Part shown: positions 29,639-40,157 of the stretch, piece by piece
How the letters are laid out: the number at the start of each line of letters is the position of its first letter
Numbering within the stretch: position 1 is the first letter of the stretch
Assembly (NCBI GenBank): GCA_039815375.1
Contig: JBCBZJ010000004.1
Span: 160,001 to 224,000, forward strand
Origin: Verrucomicrobiota bacterium
GTDB taxonomy: Bacteria > Verrucomicrobiota > Verrucomicrobiia > Opitutales > Coraliomargaritaceae
DNA: 64,000 bases
Direction of reading: 5' to 3'
The notes under the pieces: generated by a model
The model's database searches: none
Told to the model about the DNA's origin: nothing
Seen by the model: the letters and a program-made list of their open reading frames with translations, nothing else
Program-made: the position numbers and the translations under genes

Positions 29639-31089
29639 AGCTTAATCACAACAAATCGCTTGCTCCCCTCGAACCAGATATAGAGTCGGTTAATACCTTC
29701 TTTAAGCAGGTTCTCTACATCCTCGGGCTGATCTACTTTTTCCCCATTTACTTCAAGGATAACATTGAGTCGCTCAAGCTTTTCGAAGAATGGTGAGTCA
29801 CCTTCCACTACGGCGACAAACAAACCTTCGATTTCGTCTGGAATGGAGAATTCCTCCCGTATCTCTTCGTCGATCTCACGAAGCAAGACACCTTTGATAA
29901 GATCAGGTTCGGCATCTACAGGGTTTCCATCCAGAGAACCAAGTGTTACCGGAATCTCCATTGTTTTGCCCTGTCGGATCAAAGTGACCATGACTTTGCT
30001 CCCAGGCAGCATCTGTGAAACTACGAGACGGAGCTGCTGAGCCGATTCAATTTCGATTTCGTCAATAAATGTAATGATATCACCGTGCTCGATCCCAGCC
30101 TGCTGGGCCGGTGAATCCTCTTGAACCTGATTGACCAATGCACCCTTCATGCTCTCGCGACCGAAAGCATCGGCGAGATCACGATTCAGATTACCTGGAA
30201 ACAAGCCCAACATGCCACGCGGCACTGCTCCACTTTCCACCAGATTCTCTGTTACATTTAACGCCATGTTGACAGGGATCGCAAAACCGATGCCGATGCT
30301 GCCGCCCGTTCCCGAGACGATTGCCGTATTGATGCCGATGAGCCGTCCCCAAGCATCGATTAAAGCACCTCCCGAATTACCAAAGTTAATCGCTGCGTCG
30401 GTTTGAATGAAATTCTCGTAAGAGCCGGGCCCAAGAACTCGACCTCCTTGATCACGACCGACTGCGGAAACGATTCCTTGCGTTGCCGTCATCCCGATGT
30501 CGAGGGGGTTTCCAATCGCAAAGACCACGTCGCCAACGCGAAGCTTATCGCTATCGGCGAGGGTCAGCGCTGGTAAAACTTCTTCAGCTTCAATCTTCAG
30601 GACAGCCACATCGGTCTTTTGATCTGAACCAACCAATTCTGCTTCATACTCGCGCCCATCGCTTAGTTGGACCCGAATCTCATCAGCCTGGCGACCACGC
30701 ATCCCCTGAACAACGTGATGATTCGTGATGATGTAACCCTCCGGAGAAATCACCACACCGGAGCCAGCACCGAGCTCCTGTCGACGCTCGCGTGGCGCTT
30801 CATCCTCTTCGCTACTATCAGATTCGGGCAATCCGAACTGGCGACGCCAGAAATCAGGAAGCTGTTGTCGACCGGAAGGTCTTCGGTCTGTGATAATTTG
30901 AGCGGTATAGACAGCAACCACCGAAGGCGTTGCCTTGTCCAGGACGTCAGCATACGAAACAAGCGGACCGTTCTTGCCAGAATGAATCTGTTTATCATCG
31001 ACATCCACGCGCAATTCCGGGGCGTCATCTCCATGGAGTAGTTGAAATGCGGATACGACAATGAGCGTGAGATAGACCTGAATCTTCAT
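29635..31089 (-). CDS. HtrA/DegP (Do family) serine endoprotease with PDZ domains
   Basis: GSGVVI, TNHHV, DVAVLK, IQTDAAINFGNSGG, two PDZ-like regions, signal peptide. Confidence 0.94.
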   Translation of the reverse strand: MKIQVYLTLIVVSAFQLLHGDDAPELRVDVDDKQIHSGKNGPLVSYADVLDKATPSVVAVYTAQIITDRRPSGRQQLPDFWRRQFGLPESDSSEEDEAPRERRQELGAGSGVVISPEGYIITNHHVVQGMRGRQADEIRVQLSDGREYEAELVGSDQKTDVAVLKIEAEEVLPALTLADSDKLRVGDVVFAIGNPLDIGMTATQGIVSAVGRDQGGRVLGPGSYENFIQTDAAINFGNSGGALIDAWGRLIGINTAIVSGTGGSIGIGFAIPVNMALNVTENLVESGAVPRGMLGLFPGNLNRDLADAFGRESMKGALVNQVQEDSPAQQAGIEHGDIITFIDEIEIESAQQLRLVVSQMLPGSKVMVTLIRQGKTMEIPVTLGSLDGNPVDAEPDLIKGVLLREIDEEIREEFSIPDEIEGLFVAVVEGDSPFFEKLERLNVILEVNGEKVDQPEDVENLLKEGINRLYIWFEGSKRFVVIKL

Positions 31090-31159
31090 TATTATTGATA
31101 TAAAGGTGTTTTGGCTATCTTCAACGACAGAGGACGGATAAAGAGGTTCCTGTTTGAAA

Positions 31160-31858
31160 TCAAAATGGATGACAAACCCAGTCTTCCGCCCCCTCGATAC
31201 CGAGCGTCGTCCTCAGGCGCCAGGCAACTACAAGGGCGGCGGCAAAGGCAACCACACGCTGAATCCTAAGTAGCGTGCCAGGTGTTACGCGTTTGTTCAT
31301 CCGCATAAACTGGCTCTGGGCCAGCCAAAGAAGTGGCAAAGTGCCCAAACCGAAGCCGAGCGCAAATTCTGCTCCCTTCAGAGTAGAACCGGAAAAAAGC
31401 GCGAGTCCGAAGATCATGTAGAGCGGACCACAGGGCAGTAGCGGACTTGCAAAGCCAATCAATCCGGCAGCTAGGGGTTTGCTCAACTTGCGAAAACGCA
31501 CAGTAGCTTGCCCGTAGAAAGTCCCCAGCCATTTCGGCTTAGGAAAGAAACGGTTCAGGCGAAAAGCTACAGTCAGGAAGAAAACAACTAAAATCCAGGG
31601 GAGTAAACTCAGCCAGGAGGCTTCGACGAACCGCAGCACGACCGATCCAAAGGCACCTGCCAAAGCACCGACAAGAGAGTAAGAAAGAAGCTTGGAGAGA
31701 TGGTAACTTGTCAGGATGACGGCAGGCTCCGAATCGCCGGGCCGATCGGGCGTAAACGCGCAGGAGAGCGGGCCGCACATGGCCACACAATGGACACTTG
31801 TGACAAGGCCTGCGACAAGCGCCGTGTAGGCGTTGTAAACTGTAAGGTGGTCAAACAT
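31160..31858 (-). CDS. DsbD_2 / TauE-SafE-like membrane protein
   Basis: SVHCVAMCGP and LLPCGPLY motifs, FGLGTLP, multiple TM segments. Confidence 0.82.
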   Translation of the reverse strand: MFDHLTVYNAYTALVAGLVTSVHCVAMCGPLSCAFTPDRPGDSEPAVILTSYHLSKLLSYSLVGALAGAFGSVVLRFVEASWLSLLPWILVVFFLTVAFRLNRFFPKPKWLGTFYGQATVRFRKLSKPLAAGLIGFASPLLPCGPLYMIFGLALFSGSTLKGAEFALGFGLGTLPLLWLAQSQFMRMNKRVTPGTLLRIQRVVAFAAALVVAWRLRTTLGIEGAEDWVCHPF

Positions 31859-32380
31859 CAAAAAACCAGAATCAAACCGTATAGAACACAAAGTGAGAAT
31901 TCTTGCGAGCCATCGAGCTATTCTGAAAAAAATCCAGAAGCGACTTAAAAATCCGCAACTTGAGCCACGACAAAGCTAACCTTATTAAGTTTATGCTATA
32001 CAGCTACTTGAACAACGCATACGTTATTTTACTTAATAAAGTAAGTGTTTCTATGGAAAATTTTCAGCAAATAAATTGAGTAAATTGCTGTTTTCTCCTG
32101 ATAGTAAAGAAGCTCTTTTCCAATTAAGTTCAGCTTTAAAAACCATCAATCTCTAAAAATCCAAGTCGTGCAACCTAAGCGTAACCATCCACTAACGCAT
32201 CTCAACTTATCAATTTCGCAGATTGGTTGCATCTTGTTCCTTTCACAAGCTCGATAAAAAGGGCACTTTCACACCTTTTATAAGAGACTTTTATTTACTT
32301 TATTAATCTGACCGGCCATGACACCATCCTTGACACTTCCCAAACGCGTTACCTCAATCGAAAAAAAATTCACCGAAGAA

Positions 32381-33046
32381 ATGAAAAAAGTCATCGTAAT
32401 AGAGGACCAAACGGTCATGCGAGACTTGATCTGTCAACTAGTAGAAGGCTACACCACAATGGAGGTTGCTGCTAGCTCTGGAGACGGCGCGGAGGGTTAT
32501 GAGCTCTGCCTCGAACACAACCCTGACCTCGTCATCCTCGACATCATGCTGCCAAACCTCAACGGCAGCGAAGTGCTTCGCCGACTTAAGGCTAAAAACC
32601 CCCGCATCAATATTCTAATTTTTTCGGCTGCATCTTCAAACTCGATGGTCAACCGCCTTCTGAAGTCTGGAGTAACTGGCTATATTGAGAAGGATGCAGG
32701 TCTCGTCGAATTAGAGAAAGCCATTAGTTTGGTAGCTGAGGGACGTTCCTATTTCAGTCCGCGTGTCGTCGAGGCAATGCGTGAACTCATGGTCAGTGGT
32801 GGACAAGACGATTCGCTGGAATCGCTCACCACGCGAGAGCGTGAAATCGTTCAGCTGATTGCCGAGAGCTACAGTAATAAGGAAATTGCCGCAAAGCTCG
32901 GCATGAGTGTGCGCACTGCGGACACCCACCGAACCAATATCATGAAGAAACTCGATCTTCACGATGTCGCCGCCCTAACCCGCTGGGCGATCGCCAACAA
33001 GTTGGTTGACCCGATGGGCACCAACATGAGTCCGGACGAAGAGTAG
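32381..33046 (+). CDS. NarL/LuxR family response regulator (orphan)
   Basis: IEDQ, LDIMLP receiver; LTTREREIVQLIAESYSNKEIA HTH. Confidence 0.94.
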   Translation: MKKVIVIEDQTVMRDLICQLVEGYTTMEVAASSGDGAEGYELCLEHNPDLVILDIMLPNLNGSEVLRRLKAKNPRINILIFSAASSNSMVNRLLKSGVTGYIEKDAGLVELEKAISLVAEGRSYFSPRVVEAMRELMVSGGQDDSLESLTTREREIVQLIAESYSNKEIAAKLGMSVRTADTHRTNIMKKLDLHDVAALTRWAIANKLVDPMGTNMSPDEE

Positions 33047-33097
33047 AACGCGGCGGCAGCATTGACTTCGCCTCTGGAGGCGTTGCATTCTGATGCC

Positions 33098-34192
33098 ATG
33101 GGTAACTCCTTTGGCACACTTTTCAAAATTTCCACATGGGGCGAAAGCCATGGAGGCGGCATCGGCGTCGTGGTCGACGGCTGTCCGCCTCGGCTACCCA
33201 TATCCGTCGCGGATATTCAATTTGAGCTGGATCGCCGTCGCCCCGGTCAGAGCGAAATCACCACGCCTCGCAAGGAAAGCGATACCGCAACCATCGTCTC
33301 AGGTGTTTACGAAGGTCTTACTCTAGGCACGCCCATTGGAATCTACGTACCGAATGGCGATCACCGTCCCTCCGCCTACTCGGAAATGAAGGACAAGTTC
33401 CGTCCTTCCCACGCTGACTTCACCTATCAGACAAAATTCGGCATACGCAATCACGAGGGGGGCGGACGTTCCTCAGCTCGTGAGACCATTGGCCGAGTCG
33501 CAGCCGGAGCGATTGCAAAAAAGATACTTAAGCTCTCCGGCGATATCGATATCAGTGCCTACATCACTCGGGTGCACGATATCGAAGCACCTGCCATAAC
33601 CATTTTTCCCAGCCTCGAAGAAGTTGAAGCCAGCCCGGTGCGTTGCCCCCATCCGGAAACCGCCGAGGCAATGGTGGAACGCATCAAAGCCATGCGCGCA
33701 GAGGGCGACTCGGTTGGTGGCTTGATCGAATGCCGTGTCCGGAATCTGCCAGTGGGTCTGGGCGTGCCCGTTTTTGACAGGCTTGAGGCAGATCTCGCCA
33801 AAGCCATGCTCTCACTGCCTGCCACCAAGGGTTTCGAAGTGGGCAGTGGCTTTGCCGGCACAGTTCTACGGGGCTCCGAACACAACGACGTCTTTATCAA
33901 CAAGGATGGAAAAATCGGTACCGAAACGAACCGCTCAGGCGGCGTTCAAGGTGGCATTAGCAACGGAGAAGAGCTCGTCTTCCGCGTTGCCTTTAAGCCG
34001 ACTGCAACAATTATCCAAAATCAGGAAACCGTCGACAAAGGGGGCAATGAAACCGAACTTATGGGGCGGGGACGCCACGACCCCTGCGTTGTGCCACGCG
34101 CCGTGCCGATCGTAGAGTCTATGGCCGCACTCGTGCTGGTCGATCACTGGATGCGCTACAAGGCACAGTGCACCTCGTTTGACTTTGAATAA
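33098..34192 (+). CDS. aroC: Chorismate synthase
   Basis: [33 protein letters not shown]. Confidence 0.97.
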   Translation: MGNSFGTLFKISTWGESHGGGIGVVVDGCPPRLPISVADIQFELDRRRPGQSEITTPRKESDTATIVSGVYEGLTLGTPIGIYVPNGDHRPSAYSEMKDKFRPSHADFTYQTKFGIRNHEGGGRSSARETIGRVAAGAIAKKILKLSGDIDISAYITRVHDIEAPAITIFPSLEEVEASPVRCPHPETAEAMVERIKAMRAEGDSVGGLIECRVRNLPVGLGVPVFDRLEADLAKAMLSLPATKGFEVGSGFAGTVLRGSEHNDVFINKDGKIGTETNRSGGVQGGISNGEELVFRVAFKPTATIIQNQETVDKGGNETELMGRGRHDPCVVPRAVPIVESMAALVLVDHWMRYKAQCTSFDFE

Positions 34193-34281
34193 ATCGAATT
34201 CGAACACTTAAAATCGAACTCTTCATACTAAAGTTCGAATCATTCGGTATTCGACCTTGGGGGTTCGGTGTTCACAGTTCA
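34193..34281. repeat. Inverted heptamer-periodic repeat
   Basis: TTCG/TTGG/TTCA at 34243, 34250, 34257, 34264, 34271 and 34278 (7-nt period), complementary to CGAA units at 34201 and 34215. Confidence 0.55.
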
Positions 34282-34285
34282 CATC

Positions 34286-35020
34286 ATGTCGGAAGCACCT
34301 CTAGTCTATCTGATTTATGGCATCCCAGACTCGGGACGCCGCGAGATTATCTTCGATTTGATCGAAGGCGGAATCGATCCAGGCGAGCAAGTCCTCTACT
34401 TTCGCCCAAATGCTGAAACTGTGTCTTCATACGACGAACAAATCGAAGCACTGGAAAATGTGAGTGTGGTTGGATGGGACCTGTTCGATTGCAAAGTTCG
34501 TCATGGAAAAATCACGGCAGCACCTGATAAAATCATCTTTATGGCACCCGGCACGGCCGACCCAGCAGATGTTGCCGAAGCTCTGAAAGCATGGAGCGAA
34601 CACAACACATGCCAGACCGCGCGCATCATCACAATAGTGCACTGCAGTTTTCTACGAGCCAGCGAAAAGGCACTCCCCTGGTTTGATGCCTGTATCCATT
34701 TTTCGGATATGGTGTTGCTCAATCGAAGGGAGGCCGGAGACAATAAATGGACCAAGAACTTTGAAGAACGATACCACAAAGACCGCTATCCTTGCCGTTT
34801 CGAACCGTTAAAGAAAGGCCGCACGAGTAATCCGGCAGCAGTCCTCGAACCGGAAGCCAGACGCCTGTCACTCTATTTCGACGAGCTCATTCCCATAGAG
34901 GAGGACGAATTTGAGGACGAGGAACAACCCGAGGACATTCGGCCTGATCGCTACATCGAACGAAACGAAAGCGGCCAGCGCATGCAACCTGTGGTAAATA
35001 TCACCCGCTTCCTCAGTTAG
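34286..35020 (+). CDS. Hypothetical protein resembling a degenerate CobW/COG0523 (G3E) P-loop GTPase
   Basis: YLIYGIPDSGRR, IIFMAPGTADP, IITIVH, FSDMVLLNRRE in G3E motif order. Confidence 0.6.
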   Translation: MSEAPLVYLIYGIPDSGRREIIFDLIEGGIDPGEQVLYFRPNAETVSSYDEQIEALENVSVVGWDLFDCKVRHGKITAAPDKIIFMAPGTADPADVAEALKAWSEHNTCQTARIITIVHCSFLRASEKALPWFDACIHFSDMVLLNRREAGDNKWTKNFEERYHKDRYPCRFEPLKKGRTSNPAAVLEPEARRLSLYFDELIPIEEDEFEDEEQPEDIRPDRYIERNESGQRMQPVVNITRFLS

Positions 35021-35212
35021 TCCAGAACTTAAACTTATTTCTAATTTTCTTGTAATTAGATTATCTTATCATATAGCTCTATTTGCGATGCGAGAAAAAC
35101 CAATTTGGTTCGGCTTGCATTTGATAGTAGTAAATAAGAATGAACCAGTGCCGAGGTAGGCTGACTACAGGGCGCTTTCAAATCCAAATCTGAAAACAAA
35201 CACAGTATCAAA

Positions 35213-38200
35213 ATGGACTTCAAAACTCAGCTCGGTCTTGATCCGCTCACCGCAGACTATGCGCACGAAGACGGTTCGCTCGTCGACTACGTAAATCTCA
35301 AGCTGACCTCAATCGGCCAACCGACTTACGGAGAAGGCTCGGATCCAGAAGCCTTTGGACTCGGGAAAGCCTTACTTGCCAGTTATCAGGAGAAGTCGCG
35401 TCTGCTGACTGATTATTTGCCTCCGTGCGATCAACGTCTTCAGCGCTTTCTGGTAGATTACTTCGGTGAACTGGGTATGGAAGAACTGCCTAACCTGCCA
35501 AACGATACGCTGGTTCTAGATCGCCATGGCATTGCACGGACACTCTCCCTTCCTGCAAAAGGTGACCACTTTTCGTCCGATGTACTTGATTCCTATCGAA
35601 TCAAGCAAGGTGTGCTTCACAATCCGAAGAGTGACCGACGCACCACCAAAGGCGTTTTCCATGTCGCTGAGGGCGGACTTCCAATTCCTAACGATAAAAA
35701 AGCAGTGCCCAAAATTGCTGCCGCTCGCCTTTTGAAGAAGGCCATTGAAGGGGCATCCGACGAGCTACTCACCCTTCCCTTCCTTTCCAACGAAGACATC
35801 AAGGCAAAATCCTGGGTATCTCTCCTCCTTCGTCCAGTTGTGGTCCCGGAGGTCGACGGCTTCACCAAGGAAAAAAGGATGGAAGTCCGTTTTTTCGTTC
35901 CCGGAAACCTGGTTAGTAATCTGGATTTCGTTGAATCAATCTTCGGTAATGCGGGCGACCCCTTCATTGCAGAAAACGATGCTGCGCTCAATCCAGAGCA
36001 CTGGACCGGAACCAGCGGTTGCCTAATTCTAGCCCCCCATCTCATGGGTACGACAAAGAAAGAACTCGGCTTGCCACATATCTCCGAAGCAACCGATCGG
36101 CAGAAGCGGGACGGCATGTGCTGGGAGGAAGAAGATGAGCTCTACAACGATGGTGGAGCCTTCAAACTGACCTGTCGTGACGCCTTGGGGCGCATAGTCA
36201 CGACTGTATCTGACAGTTATTTCGGCTATTGCAAAAAAGAGGTGAAGACCCAAATCGGTTTCTCAGCGAATCTGATCGGACTTGCCGAAGAGGAACATGC
36301 CGGAGGCACACTCGCCTTCACAGGTTATGACTTAGGTGAAGACTTTCAGCTCAACCAATACTTCCCGGATGTCGACCAAACCTTCGACGGCGTCGTCGCC
36401 CGGTATATCGATTTGATCGATGTCCAGAAGGAGGGCTACGCGATTGATAAAAAATACAAGAACATCGTCTATTTGCCTGAAGATGCACGCATTGAGCTAA
36501 ACACCCAGCGGATTTCCTGGATGAAGGATGGCATCGAGGAATCGATAAAACTCCTGCCCGAGCGCGCCTACGTGTATCCCTCTGGATACAAAGTTCAAAT
36601 GATGAAGCCGGCAGAGGGCCGCCGCTGGCGTTTGGTAGGCTACACTGCGGAAAGCCGTGTCTGCCACAAGCCTTGCACCGTTTCCGGTGGCGGTAAGTCT
36701 GAAATTTCCAAGCCAATCACGGATGCGATTATTTCCGGACCAGTCTTCGTCAGCGATTTCCACAAAGACTTCGATTTAGCCGAAGAGATCATAAAGAAGG
36801 AGTTTGGCGAACGCTTCATTGATAAATCGCAGAATAAGGAGCACGGACGCCCGCTCCTTAGCAAAGAACGTTCGCTTGGTTCAGTCGTGCAGCTGCTGAC
36901 TCCTTCCAAAAGTGAATACACTGAAGAATACAATACTTGGCTGAAAGACATCCCTCAGCATGTCAAAGAGCTCGTGCTTATCATTAAACGTTTTTATAAA
37001 GAGGACTGGGGCAATAACTGGCGTGAGCGTTTTACGGTCGACCTGATTAATGGCGAACCGGGCAACATCCTCCGTTATCGCGGCCAGCAGATGCTCACAC
37101 AGTATCTACGGGTCGGCTACACGGGCGATGGCTCCTGGCGAACTTTCGGCCTGCGTAAAGACTTCTTTCCAGCGCATAAGATTTCCCTGGAAGATGACAT
37201 CACTGCGTCAGTCGTGGCACCAACTAACAAGCTCAACAGCCTGCCTCCGGGTTGGAAGCAACTGTCCTCCAAATTCGTGCACAATTGCGAATACCGCTTT
37301 TTTCAGCGCCCTGACGATGCCATTATTCGCGGCTACGACAACCAGGCCGAAGCCGATCTCAGTTCCGATGGAGCCTTCCTAAGTAACTACGAGCCACTTG
37401 GCCAGGAATTCGCAAAGGACGAAACCGAGGATGCCATTCGTTTCGGTCAATACACCCACCCAATGAAAAGCATGGTGGAAGACTTCGTGGCCAAGGGTTC
37501 GCCCGATTACTACTGCACCAACGCCTATCCTCGTATCGTGGACGGCAAGCCGACGAAGAATCCGCGCTACCTGCAGACCCGTCCTGATCTAAAAAGCCCG
37601 CGCGACATCTACCTCGCAAATATGAGCTCACGTCTCTACCGCCGTCAGGATGCGCATTCAAAAATCCTTCGTCCGGTTACGTCCATCCTCCCTGGCCGCC
37701 GCAATAGCCCTGCAGACCCTGTCGCGGGCGTGAAGCCGCTTTGCGTGAACAACCCGATTCACTACATGGAGCTTCCTGAACTCTTCATGGAGTATATCGC
37801 AAGCATCACCGGTAAATCACCATCCACCACCGGTGCAGGATCAGAGGGTGCACTAACAAAGGCACCATTCAACGCGCTGCCTCCGATTTACGATCTGAAC
37901 AACGCACTGGTCTCCTATCTCGCGACTGAGCAGCCGGCTTTCATTACTGCCGCTGGCTACGTAGGGCCAAAGTTCCGCGTCGATCATGACATCAGTCTGC
38001 TCGTTCCGGAAATCTGGTGCCGCCTCAAGCCTGAGGAAGTGGACCCGCAATACCTTATCGAGAACGAATACCTCGAGAAGGTTGAAGACTTTGAACACAA
38101 TGGAACATTCGTACCAGCCAGCCGTATCGGCTATCGTATTACTGCCAAATTCGTTCGTCGCTTCTTTGCCCGGGTGTTCAACAATCCAAACTCTGTGCTC

Positions 38201-38671
38201 AGCGAGGAAATGCTCAAGCCAGAGCTCCAGGACATAGATACCTATGTGGAAGGCATGTTGACCATCGCAGCCGCACACAAGGAAGTGGCCGAGAACTACT
38301 TCGCTGACGAATCCGTCGAGGAGGCCTGCCCACCACTCAAGGCCCTCCTTCACATCATGGCTCATGGCGAATACGAAGGCAAAGGACTCAATGATCCTGA
38401 AATCCGCAGCCTCTTCAGTCGTGAATCGATGCTCGAAAGCGATTGGTATAAAGAGCGGCTCGCCAGCCAGCAGGAATGTGATTCTGAAGCGTGGAAAGGC
38501 CATGTCGAATATCTTGAGCAGTTCCTTACCCGAGAGAGCCATGCTGTGGTCGCACAACGGCTTGGTGTGGAACAACGTCTCACCGCGGCGAAGGAAGAAC
38601 TCGAAAAGGTTAGTGCACCCACTTACCTCGCTGAGCTTGTCGGGACGATCGGACGTCAGCCCATCAAGTAG
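35213..38671 (+). CDS. Pyrophosphate-dependent phosphoenolpyruvate carboxykinase (PPi-PEPCK)
   Basis: 1152 aa; HNPKSDRRTTKGVFHVAEGGLP, YFGYCKKEVKTQI, EEEHAGG, CHKPCTVSGGGKSEISK, TGKSPSTTGAGSEGALTK. Confidence 0.88.
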   Translation: MDFKTQLGLDPLTADYAHEDGSLVDYVNLKLTSIGQPTYGEGSDPEAFGLGKALLASYQEKSRLLTDYLPPCDQRLQRFLVDYFGELGMEELPNLPNDTLVLDRHGIARTLSLPAKGDHFSSDVLDSYRIKQGVLHNPKSDRRTTKGVFHVAEGGLPIPNDKKAVPKIAAARLLKKAIEGASDELLTLPFLSNEDIKAKSWVSLLLRPVVVPEVDGFTKEKRMEVRFFVPGNLVSNLDFVESIFGNAGDPFIAENDAALNPEHWTGTSGCLILAPHLMGTTKKELGLPHISEATDRQKRDGMCWEEEDELYNDGGAFKLTCRDALGRIVTTVSDSYFGYCKKEVKTQIGFSANLIGLAEEEHAGGTLAFTGYDLGEDFQLNQYFPDVDQTFDGVVARYIDLIDVQKEGYAIDKKYKNIVYLPEDARIELNTQRISWMKDGIEESIKLLPERAYVYPSGYKVQMMKPAEGRRWRLVGYTAESRVCHKPCTVSGGGKSEISKPITDAIISGPVFVSDFHKDFDLAEEIIKKEFGERFIDKSQNKEHGRPLLSKERSLGSVVQLLTPSKSEYTEEYNTWLKDIPQHVKELVLIIKRFYKEDWGNNWRERFTVDLINGEPGNILRYRGQQMLTQYLRVGYTGDGSWRTFGLRKDFFPAHKISLEDDITASVVAPTNKLNSLPPGWKQLSSKFVHNCEYRFFQRPDDAIIRGYDNQAEADLSSDGAFLSNYEPLGQEFAKDETEDAIRFGQYTHPMKSMVEDFVAKGSPDYYCTNAYPRIVDGKPTKNPRYLQTRPDLKSPRDIYLANMSSRLYRRQDAHSKILRPVTSILPGRRNSPADPVAGVKPLCVNNPIHYMELPELFMEYIASITGKSPSTTGAGSEGALTKAPFNALPPIYDLNNALVSYLATEQPAFITAAGYVGPKFRVDHDISLLVPEIWCRLKPEEVDPQYLIENEYLEKVEDFEHNGTFVPASRIGYRITAKFVRRFFARVFNNPNSVLSEEMLKPELQDIDTYVEGMLTIAAAHKEVAENYFADESVEEACPPLKALLHIMAHGEYEGKGLNDPEIRSLFSRESMLESDWYKERLASQQECDSEAWKGHVEYLEQFLTRESHAVVAQRLGVEQRLTAAKEELEKVSAPTYLAELVGTIGRQPIK

Positions 38672-38677
38672 GCCTCA

Positions 38678-39322
38678 TCAAGAAGGTTTCAAAACCCTGA
38701 AGAGCTCACGCAGCTTTTCGGGGTCTTTGATACCTGGTTCCGATTCGACCCCACTGGCCAAATCAACCGCATTGGCCCCCGTTTGAGCGATCGCTTCAAC
38801 GACGTTGACCGCCTTCAAACCACCAGCCAATATCCAGTTGGTTCGCGGGAATTGCTGCTTGAGTTCGGCAAAGCCGGACCAGTCGCCCGTCCTACCCGTT
38901 CCGCCGAACAGGTCTCCATGATAGCCATCCAACAAAACGGTATCAGCAAATTCCAAAACCAAATCCGGAAACTCCTCACCTGGTGAAAGCCGCGGTGCGA
39001 TCCAGAGCCGTTCTCTGCCAACCAACCCTGACCATGCAGCCAGGGAGGCCAACCCGACCTGAAGACCTGCATGAATCTGGAAATAATCAAAACCCGAATC
39101 GCGATAGCGTTCCAGTTCCTCGGTCCCGGTTTCCACATCAACCAAGACCCGCTTGCCCTCGGGCACGCGACTGGCCAACTCCAGGGCTCGATTGAAAGAA
39201 AGACCGCGCGGCGACTTGGGAAAAATGTTCAAGCCGATGTAATCGGCTCCCAGCTCAAGTGCCAGGTCGACATCCTCTTCACGAGTAAACCCGCAAATCT
39301 TTACTTCAACCGGCCGATACAT
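38678..39322 (-). CDS. trpF: Phosphoribosylanthranilate isomerase
   Basis: VKICG, SPR, LLDG, GGTGRTGDW, LAGGL, VDLASGVESEPGIKD. Confidence 0.93.
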   Translation of the reverse strand: MYRPVEVKICGFTREEDVDLALELGADYIGLNIFPKSPRGLSFNRALELASRVPEGKRVLVDVETGTEELERYRDSGFDYFQIHAGLQVGLASLAAWSGLVGRERLWIAPRLSPGEEFPDLVLEFADTVLLDGYHGDLFGGTGRTGDWSGFAELKQQFPRTNWILAGGLKAVNVVEAIAQTGANAVDLASGVESEPGIKDPEKLRELFRVLKPS

Positions 39323-39383
39323 TTCGGAGAGAGAACACCGGTTCAGAAAAACAGCAACTACCGTTTATAAGCTCTATCGACGG

Positions 39384-39968
39384 CTAGACAGTTTGCTGCC
39401 GAAGACGCAGATAAATCAGAAAGCTCGGGAACGCAGCAAACGCAATCAGGCAGGTTCCGAAGACAAGAAGTGAATATGGATGCTCAATTTGCAAAAGTAG
39501 AAAAGCGCAAAGGCACCATCCTACAGTACAACAGAGCGCCGGAGGCTCACGCCGGTAAAAATATTGGACACCGTAGCCAACCGCTAAGACCAAAGCGATT
39601 ATTCCAAGTAAATGCTTAATCGTAATCCAAGCGAAAGCAAAACTGGTGAGGGCAGTAACTACAGTGATTGCAATACATACCATCCAAACCTGCCCCGAGC
39701 GAGAATAGACCTTGAATTCACCATGCTCCCGCCGAATTAAATCCACATACACGATGCTCGCAATAGTAGCCATGAAGAGGGAAAGACTCCAGACATAGGT
39801 CACGGAATTGATCGGCACCGCATAAGCCACTACACAGTATTCAAGTATAAAGCACTTGGCGAACAAGAGGGCCCAGAAAAGCACGAGTATGTGGTGCCTC
39901 TTCCGCAGGGCCATATCAGGATAATCCGTGACGATTCTATCAATAGAGTTTGTTGGTAAATCCATCAA
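39384..39968 (-). CDS. Hypothetical multi-pass membrane protein
   Basis: About 6 hydrophobic segments; no recognised family. Confidence 0.65.
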   Translation of the reverse strand: MMDLPTNSIDRIVTDYPDMALRKRHHILVLFWALLFAKCFILEYCVVAYAVPINSVTYVWSLSLFMATIASIVYVDLIRREHGEFKVYSRSGQVWMVCIAITVVTALTSFAFAWITIKHLLGIIALVLAVGYGVQYFYRREPPALCCTVGWCLCAFLLLQIEHPYSLLVFGTCLIAFAAFPSFLIYLRLRQQTV

Positions 39969-40157
39969 TTTCAGTTTACACTTGATCAGCGCGGGTATCG
40001 GAAAGAAGTCCTATAATCAAAAAGATACCATCAGCCGGCAGCAAGCAGGCAATTTCAGAATTGCAGGTATTTCGGCTCAGTCCCGAAGCGAGCTGATCCT
40101 GAATTGAGTTTCGACCCTGCTTTAACACATGGAGAAATCGCGCACCATTATTCTAGC

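Noticed and set aside
37853..38575. 240-aa antisense ORF
   Set aside because: Shadow of PPi-PEPCK
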